This document shows, piece by piece, positions 19,301 through 27,381 of a DNA stretch of 64,000 nt. Position 1 is the stretch's first letter, and the number at the start of each line of letters is the position of its first letter. The notes under the pieces are model-generated. The model was not told where the DNA came from. It worked only from the letters and a program-made list of their open reading frames with translations, and did not search any database. The DNA lies in assembly GCA_963765495.1 (NCBI GenBank), contig CAVXWP010000007.1, positions 416,001 through 480,000 of the forward strand. The letters run 5' to 3'. The position numbers were made by a program, and so were the translations under genes. Origin of the DNA: Blastocatellia bacterium (lineage in GTDB: Bacteria; Acidobacteriota; Blastocatellia; UBA7656).

Positions 19301-20756
19301 TACCGATTGCAGCGTCGCTGCCTCGGGACTCAACGGCATGTGGATTGACAACGTATCGCTCACAGGCGGATTTGTCTGCTGCACAAACGGCGCAACCTGC
19401 ACCTTGACCTGCCCGGCAAACATCACCGTCTCAAACGACCCGGGTCAGTGCGGAGCCGTCGTCAACTATCCCGCTCCGACAACTACTGGCGATTGCGGCA
19501 CAGTCACCTGTAGCCCGCCATCGGGTTCATTCTTCCCCGTAGGCACGACCACAGTCACCTGTGTGGCCAGCAGCGGCGGCGGTATGGCACCATCGCCAAA
19601 CGGCGGCACAACCTGCCCGCCAACGACCATCACCGGCTCACTCGGCAGCGGAAGTAACGACTGGCCGAGCGTGAGCGGAACTCAAACGGGTCGTCTAAAT
19701 CGCAATGGAATAGCTAGTTCCTGCGCGTCACCGAAGACCTGTCTTATATTCGACACAACACCGGGACGGGCATATGATGCCTACACGTTCCACAACAACA
19801 GCGGGGCGACTGCCTGCGTCAGCGTGACCCTGAATGTGTTGGAGCAGACAAACTCCAACTACCAGGTAGACGCTTATCTTGGCAGCTTCGATCCGGCAAA
19901 CATCTGCACGAACTATCTGGCCGATCCGGGGTTGAGCAGCGGCATCCCGCCGTCGCCGGTCTCGATGGCGTTCAACGTGCCTGATGGAATGGATTTCATA
20001 CTGGATGTCCACACGACGAATCCGGGTGAGATAGGCGGTGCTTACGAGTTGACATTCGCCGACACCTCGTTCTGCGTGCCGAGCGGCGGCGGCGGAGGAG
20101 GCACAGGAGAGTGCAGCTTCACGGTCACGGTAACAGACAACGAAGCGCCAGTGATCACGTGCCCGGCCAACATCATCGCGGTGGCGGCAAACCCGAGTGA
20201 TGCGTGTGTGCCGGTGAACTTCAATGTGACAGCGACCGACAACTGTCCTGGAGTGACGGTACAATGCGTGAACGCGGCGAACCCGTCGCAGATAATCACG
20301 TCGGGATTCTGCTTCCCGGTGGCATCGGGTTGCACGACGGTGTTGTGTACGGCGACGGATGCGTCGGGTAATACCTCGACGTGTACGTTTACGGTGTGCA
20401 CATTCGATGTGATCGTGCAGGATGATTCGGACCCGTTGCGAGAGTTGTTGTTTAACTCAGCAACAGGGGCGTACATATTCTGCTGCGATGGAACAGAGGT
20501 ATGCGGAACAGGGACGTTGAAGAAGAAAGGGTGTCTGTATTCGCTAAACCACACAGCGCCGAGTTGGAGATTGACGGCGACGGTAGATGCGTGTACGCAC
20601 AAGGGAACGGCGTCGCTGCAATTCACATCAGGGCACGATGCGTGTTCGATCCAGGACAGGGATACAAGGAATGACTTTATCACCTGCACAGGAACGGGCA
20701 TAAACTGTCCATTCTCAGGAGGCGGAGGGTCAAAATCGGGCGGCTCCACCAAGTGA
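16323..20756 (+). CDS. Large secreted multidomain protein: N-terminal propeller-like domain, carboxypeptidase-regulatory-like Ig, jelly-roll module, HYR domains, Cys-rich C-terminal domain
   Basis: Signal peptide; PPDTNGDIGPNHY...RWGDYSAMTVDP; HYR motifs CPANITVSNDPGQCGAVVNY, SGSFFPVGTTTVTC and ATDASGNTSTCTFTV. Confidence 0.85.
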   Translation: MKSRVLVFGVVIFFAVGLLLMPMYAQKSGQINPPGGGKGAGKGTGPAVGGNGSRTDPHNGPTPVYIRTSSFAVSPPLKSLPKVAAKSRGGNQDSPEREAAENGEEVNGTNLRAIRNISPTAVRTPDAALQNQPNVPNAIPGPSLTFEGQAVVAPQVAPPDTNGDIGPNHYVELVNDSNGTLVRIFNPVTGASIAGPFTLGSLFGGFPQANGGGDPVVLYDQMADRWLLSEFAFTSTSSGNYHMSIAISKTADPTGAYFLYDFTVPTQNFPDYPKFGVWPDGYYMTSNQFFLGGAFNGAGAYAFERNKMLIGDPTASIIYFDLNLTAFPEGLGGMLPTDFDGLIPPPAGAPNVFMYFTAGEFGDPADGIRAYNFHADFATPGNSTFLERSESSLASPIPVAAFDPITPTGRTDIDQRPPGEKVDSIGDRLMHRLQYRNFGSSERWTVNHTVDASGDPSAAVYRAGVRFYELTRTTGNANPISVLNQATFAPLGAGNEPLHRWMGSSALDNSGDIAVGYSVSSTTREPELRWAGRLFNDPANMLAQGEAVVFDATGVQTSNTFNRWGDYSAMTVDPDDDCTFFYAQEYYATDSAFNWHTRIGKFSFPSCVAPQQGMAMGQITICGGGPLADALVTFTGGPSNGYSVATDSSGNFSRKLSPGTYTATITKATFGTVVVPNVVVTNAGTVMINQCLQGAATLMAAGSSLVAESCTPTNGAIDPGETVTVSLCLKNTGGAATTALMGTLQASGGVTAIQPPNPQNYGAIPADGTTIVCRNFTFTAAGTCGGTITATLDLSDGGNPLGSVMYTFTLGAQAVVLSENFDGVTAPALPAGWTTSFINGAANCTPTGTCALGSNWTTATTNTPPSAPNAAFHNDVTCVTDNFLVTPPLNIVSNSTLTFTQARNIESTFDGTVLEVSTNGGSSWTDVITNGGSFVSNGYNGTISANFLSPIAGRMAWTGLSGGSTAAPAYITTVVNLGPNVNGQTINLRWRLATDCSVAASGLNGMWIDNVSLTGGFVCCTNGATCTLTCPANITVSNDPGQCGAVVNYPAPTTTGDCGTVTCSPPSGSFFPVGTTTVTCVASSGGGMAPSPNGGTTCPPTTITGSLGSGSNDWPSVSGTQTGRLNRNGIASSCASPKTCLIFDTTPGRAYDAYTFHNNSGATACVSVTLNVLEQTNSNYQVDAYLGSFDPANICTNYLADPGLSSGIPPSPVSMAFNVPDGMDFILDVHTTNPGEIGGAYELTFADTSFCVPSGGGGGGTGECSFTVTVTDNEAPVITCPANIIAVAANPSDACVPVNFNVTATDNCPGVTVQCVNAANPSQIITSGFCFPVASGCTTVLCTATDASGNTSTCTFTVCTFDVIVQDDSDPLRELLFNSATGAYIFCCDGTEVCGTGTLKKKGCLYSLNHTAPSWRLTATVDACTHKGTASLQFTSGHDACSIQDRDTRNDFITCTGTGINCPFSGGGGSKSGGSTK

Positions 20757-20810
20757 TGTCGGACCACGATCATCCGCTTGACGGTTGATCGAAGGTAGGC
20801 ATTTCGTATC

Positions 20811-20842
20811 GGGACCGGGGACATTGTCCTCGGTCCCTTTTT
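20811..20842 (+). terminator. Rho-independent terminator
   Basis: GGGACCGGGGACA-t-TGTCCTCGGTCCC followed by TTTTT. Confidence 0.85.
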
Positions 20843-20890
20843 ATTGATTATCGGAAAGAGCCTGCAATTCGAGTTTTTCTGGTGGGATTT

Positions 20891-21763
20891 CTAATTCGAA
20901 AGAATATCTTCGGGTGAGCCTCGGAGGATCGCGTCTGTAATGCGGGCGACCTCGACCATCTGTTTCACGTCGTGGACACGGACCAGATGCGCGCCGCGAA
21001 TTATAGCCGCTGCAACGGAGGCAGCCGTGCCGAATACGCGCTCTCCGGCGGGCCGCCCTGTGATCCGGCCAATAAAGCTCTTGCGCGAAGTCCCTATCAT
21101 CAAAGGCAGCCCGAGGCTTTCAAGTCGGTCGAGGTGGTTGAGAATTTCCAGATTCTGTTCGAGTGTCTTTCCAAAACCTATCCCCGGATCAATGATCAGT
21201 TGTTCGCGTCGGAGACCCCGGCCTTCCGCCACTCGTATTGCGATCTGCATATCTGTTTCTATCTCGGTAAAGATGTCCCGGCTCGGCTCAAGTTGCTGCA
21301 TAGTGGTGGGATCGCCTCGCATATGCATGAGCACAAGCGCCGCCTTTCCCTTTGCCGCGAAGTCGGCAATCACGGGATCGAACCTCAAGGCGCTGACATC
21401 ATTGATCAGGCGCGCACCCAGATCAATAGCCTCGCGGGCGACGGGGCCCTTATAGGTGTCAACTGCTATGGGGATGCGGAGTCGGCCTCGAAGCGCGTCA
21501 AGGACGGGCCGCACACGCGAAAGCTCTTCTTCAACCGAAATTTTTGCCGCGCCGGGCCTCGTGGATTCACCGCCTATTTCGAGGATGTCCGCGCCCTGTC
21601 GTTCTATCTCGAAAGCGCGGTCAATCGCACTCGCCGGGTCGAAATTTTCTCCGCCGTCCGAGAACGAATCAGGCGTTATGTTGAGCACCCCTACAACGAG
21701 GGTGCGGCTGCCAAGTTGAAGTCTTGCTCCGTCTTTGAGTCTTATATCGAATCTTTTTCTCAT
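20891..21763 (-). CDS. folP: Dihydropteroate synthase
   Basis: GVLNITPDSFSDGG, IGGESTRPG, DPGIGFGK, GTSRKSFIG, VRVHDV. Confidence 0.97.
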   Translation of the reverse strand: MRKRFDIRLKDGARLQLGSRTLVVGVLNITPDSFSDGGENFDPASAIDRAFEIERQGADILEIGGESTRPGAAKISVEEELSRVRPVLDALRGRLRIPIAVDTYKGPVAREAIDLGARLINDVSALRFDPVIADFAAKGKAALVLMHMRGDPTTMQQLEPSRDIFTEIETDMQIAIRVAEGRGLRREQLIIDPGIGFGKTLEQNLEILNHLDRLESLGLPLMIGTSRKSFIGRITGRPAGERVFGTAASVAAAIIRGAHLVRVHDVKQMVEVARITDAILRGSPEDILSN

Positions 21764-21939
21764 GCCTCAACACAAGCGAGATCGTGCAGATATTTAATGA
21801 TAAAGATAAAACTGCAAGCGTGGGCATGGTATCTTATGCGACTGTTTGACTACAACCTGAGAGCCGAGAGCCTGTGTTGCTTGACTTTAACGGGCTTAAT
21901 TATCAACATAGGGAAGCGAAAGACAGGCCACGGAGATTG

Positions 21940-22887
21940 ATGATGAGTAATCACGAAATAGCTGAACGCCAAAACAAACTCGCCTGTATTATGGAGCGTG
22001 TGGTCGCTTCATATGACGAGGCGCGACCCAAGATACATCACCTGGACCGCATGCCGCTGCCTGCGCGCGAAGACGCGGCGGCGATAATGGAAGCGCTCGA
22101 AGAGATAGTTTATCCCGGTTACTACAGCACGGGAGGTGTCACGCATCAAGGCATAATCTATCGCGTGCAGGAGCGGGTTGGATGGCTGTTTGAACATTTG
22201 CGCGATCAGATTTCAAAAGGTCTCCGCCACATGAAGACGCTTGACGGAGAGCTTTGCCTCGCCTCAGACGGCGCTGCCGAAGAGTGCTCCTACATGTTTT
22301 TGGAATCGCTTCCTCGCCTGCGCCGCTTGCTTGCAAAAGACATTCAGGCGGCCTACGACGGCGACCCGGCGGCCCACTGCGTTGACGAGATAATCCTGAG
22401 CTACCCGGCCGTCTATGCGATAACGGCCTACAGGGCGGCGCACGAACTCTACGATCAGGGGGTACCGTTGTTGCCTCGCATGCTCACAGAGCTTGCGCAC
22501 TCGCGCACGGGTATAGACATTCACCCGGGCGCGCAAATCGGCGAGAGCTTTTTTATAGATCACGGCACCGGGGTCGTGATCGGAGAGACTACCGTCATCG
22601 GCAATAACGTCAAGCTATATCAGGGCGTGACGCTTGGCGCGCTCTCTTTTCCAAAGGATGAAAAAGGGCGGCTAATACGAGGGCAGAAACGACATCCAAC
22701 CATCGAAGACGACGTAGTGATTTACTCGGGCGCAACTATCCTTGGCGGCGACACCATCATCGGCGAAGGGAGCGTGATCGGCGGCAACGTGTGGCTCACC
22801 GAATCGGTTCCGCCCGGCTCCCGCGTGGCGCAGGCTGAGCCTAAACCGCGCTTTCTGGCGCCCCACGAGGAACTGCAAGCAGTTTAA
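21940..22887 (+). CDS. cysE: Serine O-acetyltransferase (long EpsC-type)
   Basis: AYDGDPAA, TGIDIHPGAQIGESFFIDHGTGVVIGET, KRHPTIEDDVVIY; GGAG RBS before ATG 21940. Confidence 0.93.
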   Translation: MMSNHEIAERQNKLACIMERVVASYDEARPKIHHLDRMPLPAREDAAAIMEALEEIVYPGYYSTGGVTHQGIIYRVQERVGWLFEHLRDQISKGLRHMKTLDGELCLASDGAAEECSYMFLESLPRLRRLLAKDIQAAYDGDPAAHCVDEIILSYPAVYAITAYRAAHELYDQGVPLLPRMLTELAHSRTGIDIHPGAQIGESFFIDHGTGVVIGETTVIGNNVKLYQGVTLGALSFPKDEKGRLIRGQKRHPTIEDDVVIYSGATILGGDTIIGEGSVIGGNVWLTESVPPGSRVAQAEPKPRFLAPHEELQAV

Positions 22888-23019
22888 TGGGGGCCAGGGG
22901 TCGGGGGCCAGGGGCTAGTGATTCTATCAGGTCTGGTTTCTTATCGTCTGTCGCTTTTCTCTTATCACCCGGCCCCTGACCCCCGGCCCCTGGCCCCTGC
23001 GAAGCTGGCCCCTGGCCCC
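22888..23019. repeat. Palindrome of tandem GGGGCCA/GGGGTCG heptamers
   Basis: gggggccaggggtcgggggccaggggc (to 22915), then cccggcccctgacccccggcccctggcccc...ggcccctggcccc (22968-23019); starts right after the cysE TAA. Confidence 0.9.
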
Positions 23020-23030
23020 TTTAAAGGAAT

Positions 23031-24974
23031 ATGCTCAATACCGAACAACTAATCTACCTGGCCGAGCGCGCCGGCCTTGATACTACAATCATTGACTCAC
23101 TCGATACGAACAGCCTCACGATAAGGGATCGGGCGGGAGCCGAAGAGGGTTTCTCCGTATGCGTTGCCGCGCCCTCTTATGATGAGGGTGACAGGTATCG
23201 CCCGCAAAATTTGAAACCGGATGATTCGAGTCGTCTGATCGAGCATAATTTGCATTTGCTTTATCGGGCGGCTCGCGCTCTTTCCCCAAACGGGCTGATG
23301 TTTGTGTATGGCCTCCCCTGTCATCTGGCGCGATACGCGACCGCGCTATCGAACGAATTGGCTTTCCGTTACTGGATCGCGGTGCGAACGATGACCGGGC
23401 AGAATGAAGGAGGGCTCCGGCCCGAGCACACGGGGGTGCTGTTGCTTGCGAGGCCCGGCGCTGAGTTGAACCGGGTTCGCCTGGACCACGCCCGATGCCG
23501 ACATTGCGGAGAAACCCTGAAAGATTGGGGTGGGAAATCGCACCTGATGCACCCGATGGGTGTGGCCCTTTCAGATGTGTGGATGGATCTGGTCGTTGAC
23601 AGCCGGGATCGAATCCCCGTCGAAGTATTTGACCGCATACTTCAACTTTCGGCTGGCCGGGACCGCAGGAGCCTGCTCCTGCTTGTGCCGGGAATTTCAC
23701 AAACACTTGCGACCAGACGCGACGAAGAGAGGGTTGTAATCTCTTCATTCGATCCGCTCAAATGGAGAAGGTCTGCGAAGACAAAGACGCAGGTTCGCAA
23801 CGTGCCTGAAGATTTATTGGATCGGTTGCACAAGGCCCCATGTCTTGATGTGCTCAGGCGCGTGCCTTCGGAAACCGTAGACCTTGCATTTGCCGATCCG
23901 CCTTTCAACCTGACAAAGACCTATAACGGCTATTCGGATGACCGGGATACAAACGAATATCTGGGATGGTGCAAGCGGTGGCTTGTCGAATACGAGCGAG
24001 TGCTAAAACCCGGTGGCGCGCTCTTTATATTGAACCTGCCGAAGTGGTCTATCTGGCTCTCTGATTTTCTAATAAGATCGGGTAGACTTTTTCTTCAGAA
24101 CTGGATCGTGTGGAACTCCTTGCCCGAACCAAAAGGCGTGCTGATGCCCGCTCACTATGCGCTGCTCTATTTCACGAAAGGCGAACGGGCGGCTCGATTC
24201 AACTACTGCTCTATGGAGAATGGGTGGGAACCTTTCGATGAAGCGGTCTTTCCGCCGGATCGTCCCGATGTGTGCAGGCGCAGGCGCTGCATCAGAAAAC
24301 GGCGCGATTCGGGCCACGTCTGGCGCGGCGAACTGACCGACATCTGGCACGATATTCATCGAGTCAGACGGCCTCGACGCGCGCCGCTCGCACAAAAGGT
24401 ACATCCTTGCGAAACGCCCGAACTTCTCATAGATCGAATAATCAGGTTGTCTACAAATCCGGGCGATCTCGTGCTCGATGCCTTTGCAGGCACCGGCACT
24501 ACGGCCTTTGTCGCCCGGAGGCTCGCTCGCCGCTTTATCGCAATCGAACAGGATGAAGGGTATCTAAAAGTGGCCGAACGCAAGATGAGTGATGAAGGAC
24601 CCGAGTGGCAGCGTAAGTCAGTGAGGGCAAGGCGCAATCGGGTTTCAAGGCGAGGGCTTGAAATCGAGTTGCAAAGGCTTGTGCGTCTGCTTGGCCGTTT
24701 GCCTACGAAAACCGATGTCGAGATGCATTCTGAGCACGCGCTTGAAACTTTCGAAAATGCATTCCAGTCCTGGGGCGAGGCGATGAAGGCGGCAAAGGTA
24801 GCACTTGACGGGTTGAACGCCAATCCGCCCACCGGGGAAATACCCGCGCTCAAGCAGATGGAACTGTTCAAAGCGAATCCCCCTCTCGTAGGCAGGAAAC
24901 AGAAAGGGAAGCGCAATGTCAAAGAGGTTGAACACAACCAGCAATCCGCTTTGCCCGGCGAGTTGAATCGCTGA
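23031..24974 (+). CDS. Orphan beta-class N4-C/N6-A DNA methyltransferase with a degenerate N-terminal MTase copy and a C-terminal homing-endonuclease-associated-repeat-like domain
   Basis: DLAFADPPFN (motif IV) precedes VLDAFAGTGTT (motif I); HPCETPELLIDRII; C-terminal LGRLPT...FQSWGEAMKAA. Confidence 0.85.
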   Translation: MLNTEQLIYLAERAGLDTTIIDSLDTNSLTIRDRAGAEEGFSVCVAAPSYDEGDRYRPQNLKPDDSSRLIEHNLHLLYRAARALSPNGLMFVYGLPCHLARYATALSNELAFRYWIAVRTMTGQNEGGLRPEHTGVLLLARPGAELNRVRLDHARCRHCGETLKDWGGKSHLMHPMGVALSDVWMDLVVDSRDRIPVEVFDRILQLSAGRDRRSLLLLVPGISQTLATRRDEERVVISSFDPLKWRRSAKTKTQVRNVPEDLLDRLHKAPCLDVLRRVPSETVDLAFADPPFNLTKTYNGYSDDRDTNEYLGWCKRWLVEYERVLKPGGALFILNLPKWSIWLSDFLIRSGRLFLQNWIVWNSLPEPKGVLMPAHYALLYFTKGERAARFNYCSMENGWEPFDEAVFPPDRPDVCRRRRCIRKRRDSGHVWRGELTDIWHDIHRVRRPRRAPLAQKVHPCETPELLIDRIIRLSTNPGDLVLDAFAGTGTTAFVARRLARRFIAIEQDEGYLKVAERKMSDEGPEWQRKSVRARRNRVSRRGLEIELQRLVRLLGRLPTKTDVEMHSEHALETFENAFQSWGEAMKAAKVALDGLNANPPTGEIPALKQMELFKANPPLVGRKQKGKRNVKEVEHNQQSALPGELNR

Positions 24975-25007
24975 TTTTGATCGCCTGCCGACGGGCAAGA
25001 CCTGGAG

Positions 25008-26228
25008 ATGAGTATGCAACAGACCGAAAAACTGTACTTCACCGACTCTGACCTGCTTAAATTTTCCGCTACGGTTGTTGATGTCAGGCCCTCGGATAGT
25101 GGCGAGATGATCGCGCTCAACCGAACAGCATTCTATCCGACCGGCGGCGGTCAGCCTCACGATACGGGCAGTCTCAATGACGTGATAGTGAGCGACGTGA
25201 TTGAAAACGATGAAGGCATCATCTTTCATACGACTGAACAGACAGGTGGGCTAAAGATAGGTCATCAGGTTGAGGGGCGCATCGATTACAATCGTCGTCT
25301 CGATCACATGCAACAACACACCGGACAGCACATACTTTCTCAGGCGTTCATCAAGGCGTGCAATGCCGAAACTCGATCATTTCATCTGGGGGCGGAGACT
25401 TCTACGATTGACATCGAATTGGATGCGCCCACAGACGAGCACATGCGCGCCGCCGAACAGGTAGCCAACACAGTCATTTTCGATGACCGCCCCATTCGCG
25501 TTCACCTGGTTGGAGAGGAAGATGCTCAGAAGCTTCCTCTCCGAAAAGATAGCGCCGTTCGGGGAACTATCAGAGTCATCGAGGTGGAAGATTATGACTG
25601 GTCTCCGTGCGGCGGCACACACGCGAAAAGGGCAGGGCAGGTCGGTTTGATTGCGATCAAATCCTTCGAGCGGGCCAAACGGATGACCCGGGTGGAATTC
25701 GTTTGTGGCGGGCGGGTGCTCGCCGATTATCGCAGAGCAAATAGCACGGCAGTCTCTGTCGCGCAGTTGTTCAGCGCTGAAAGAGATGCCGCGCCTGTCC
25801 TTGCGGCAAAAGCCCTTCAAGAAAACAAGTCTCTGAAGAAGCGGATACGTGATTTGCTTGAGCTTGCAATGCGGGCCGAGGCGTCCGAGATGCTCGACGA
25901 GACTCAATCCTCGGGTGGCTTCAAACTCGTTCGAGCCGTATTCGACGGGCGGGAAGCGGAAGATCTTCGCGTGCTGGCAGCAAAAATAGTTGCAAAAGAG
26001 CCGGCCATCGCGCTGCTTGGATCGAAGGATGCGGGAACCGGGCGGCTGGTTTTTGCCCGATCTGAGACGCTCTCTGAAAACATGGGCGCATTGCTCGCGG
26101 AGGCGTGTCTGACTCTTGGCGGACGCGGCGGAGGCAGACCGAATCTGGCACAGGGCGGCGGGCCCGATGCCGACAAACTGGATGAAGCCATTCAACGCGC
26201 GGCTGAGAAAATTCGTGGACAGGATTAA
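25008..26228 (+). CDS. Alanyl-tRNA editing protein (AlaX-L, tRNA_SAD + DHHA1)
   Basis: FYPTGGGQPHDTG, MQQHTGQHILS, PCGGTH, GGRGGGRPNLAQGGG. Confidence 0.92.
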   Translation: MSMQQTEKLYFTDSDLLKFSATVVDVRPSDSGEMIALNRTAFYPTGGGQPHDTGSLNDVIVSDVIENDEGIIFHTTEQTGGLKIGHQVEGRIDYNRRLDHMQQHTGQHILSQAFIKACNAETRSFHLGAETSTIDIELDAPTDEHMRAAEQVANTVIFDDRPIRVHLVGEEDAQKLPLRKDSAVRGTIRVIEVEDYDWSPCGGTHAKRAGQVGLIAIKSFERAKRMTRVEFVCGGRVLADYRRANSTAVSVAQLFSAERDAAPVLAAKALQENKSLKKRIRDLLELAMRAEASEMLDETQSSGGFKLVRAVFDGREAEDLRVLAAKIVAKEPAIALLGSKDAGTGRLVFARSETLSENMGALLAEACLTLGGRGGGRPNLAQGGGPDADKLDEAIQRAAEKIRGQD

Positions 26229-26300
26229 CAGGATTAGATTGGATTGAACAAGATTAAAAGTGAATCTTGTCTAATCCATTTAAATCCCGTTAATCCTGTC
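26218..26300. repeat. Imperfect palindrome, ACAGGATT family
   Basis: GACAGGATTAAC (26218-26229) pairs with GTTAATCCTGTC (26289-26300); the left arm supplies the last codons and TAA of the AlaX gene. Confidence 0.85.
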
Positions 26301-26312
26301 ACTGGATCGAAG

Positions 26313-27290
26313 ATGAAAAAACGCATAGCTGTCTTCTTCACGGGCGGGACTATTTCAATGAAATACGATCCCGAAATCGGCGCGGCGGTGCCCGCGCTTT
26401 CGGGTAGAGAGATAATTGACAATGTAGCCGGGCTCGATGAAGTTGCCGAGGTTGAGATAGTTGATTTTGGGCGACTGCCCGGACCTCACATGACGCCGCG
26501 TTTGATGATGGATCTGTCATTTCAGGTGAGCCAGGCGCTCGACCGCGCCGATGTTGATGGAGCAGTGGTCACTCATGGGACAGATACGCTCGAAGAGACG
26601 GCCTACCTGCTGGACCTCACCGTGGACAACCCTAAACCAATCGTATTTGTCGGGGCAATGCGTAATAGCTCCGAGGCAGGATGGGATGGTCCTTCGAATC
26701 TGCTTTCAGCCACACGGGTCGCGGCGTCGGATCCGGCCCGGGGTCTTGGCGTGCTCGTGATGATGAACGAGACGGTGCTGGCCGCCAGTGAAGCGACCAA
26801 GACTCACACGGAATCGTTCGATTCGTTTCAAAGCGTTGATTTCGGCCCGCTCGGCGTAGTTGATCGCGGCGAAGTCCTGATCCGCCGCGCCCCTTCTGAG
26901 CGCAGGCATCTTTTCACCACCGAAATAGCCGAACCCGTATGGCTTATGAAGACGGCGGCCGGAATCGACTCCACGTTGATTGATTGCTGTATTGATGCGG
27001 GCGCGCGCGGGTTGGTGATCGAAGCGCTTGGCCGCGGTAACGTGCCCCCCGATTGCGTACCCGGAATTGAAAGAGCTATCTCAAACGGGATTCCCGTAGT
27101 CCTCGTCTCCCGTTGCCTCAGAGGCCGTGTCTATCCGAGCTATGGTTACGCGGGCGGCGGCAAACAACTTCAAAACCTCGGCGTTATTCTCGCGGATTTT
27201 CTGAACGGTCCGAAAGCCCGCATAAAACTGATCCTTGCCCTGAGCCTGAGCAATGACCCGGTCGAAATCCAATCTATTTTCAATCCCTAA
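26313..27290 (+). CDS. L-asparaginase
   Basis: FTGGTISM, VTHGTDTLEETAY, GAMR, KTHT; start moved to ATG 26313 because the ORF extension is the repeat. Confidence 0.93.
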   Translation: MKKRIAVFFTGGTISMKYDPEIGAAVPALSGREIIDNVAGLDEVAEVEIVDFGRLPGPHMTPRLMMDLSFQVSQALDRADVDGAVVTHGTDTLEETAYLLDLTVDNPKPIVFVGAMRNSSEAGWDGPSNLLSATRVAASDPARGLGVLVMMNETVLAASEATKTHTESFDSFQSVDFGPLGVVDRGEVLIRRAPSERRHLFTTEIAEPVWLMKTAAGIDSTLIDCCIDAGARGLVIEALGRGNVPPDCVPGIERAISNGIPVVLVSRCLRGRVYPSYGYAGGGKQLQNLGVILADFLNGPKARIKLILALSLSNDPVEIQSIFNP

Positions 27291-27305
27291 ACTCTCGCTT
27301 TTGAT

Positions 27306-27335
27306 TTGACAATTCGAACGAGCGTTCGATAAAAT
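27306..27335 (+). promoter_or_regulatory. Sigma-70 promoter with a TetR/PaaR-like operator in the spacer
   Basis: TTGACA-18 bp-TAAAAT; the spacer holds the palindrome TCGAACG-AG-CGTTCGA (27314-27329). Confidence 0.75.
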
Positions 27336-27381
27336 GTAAGTATAGCAATGGAACGAGAATAAGACCTGTTTGGAGGATCAG

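Noticed and set aside
26244-26312. N-terminal extension of asparaginase (NPVNPV), and similar ORF starts at 9201 and 37949 (NSKLKTQN)
   Set aside because: These are translations of the intergenic repeat hairpins, not protein sequence.
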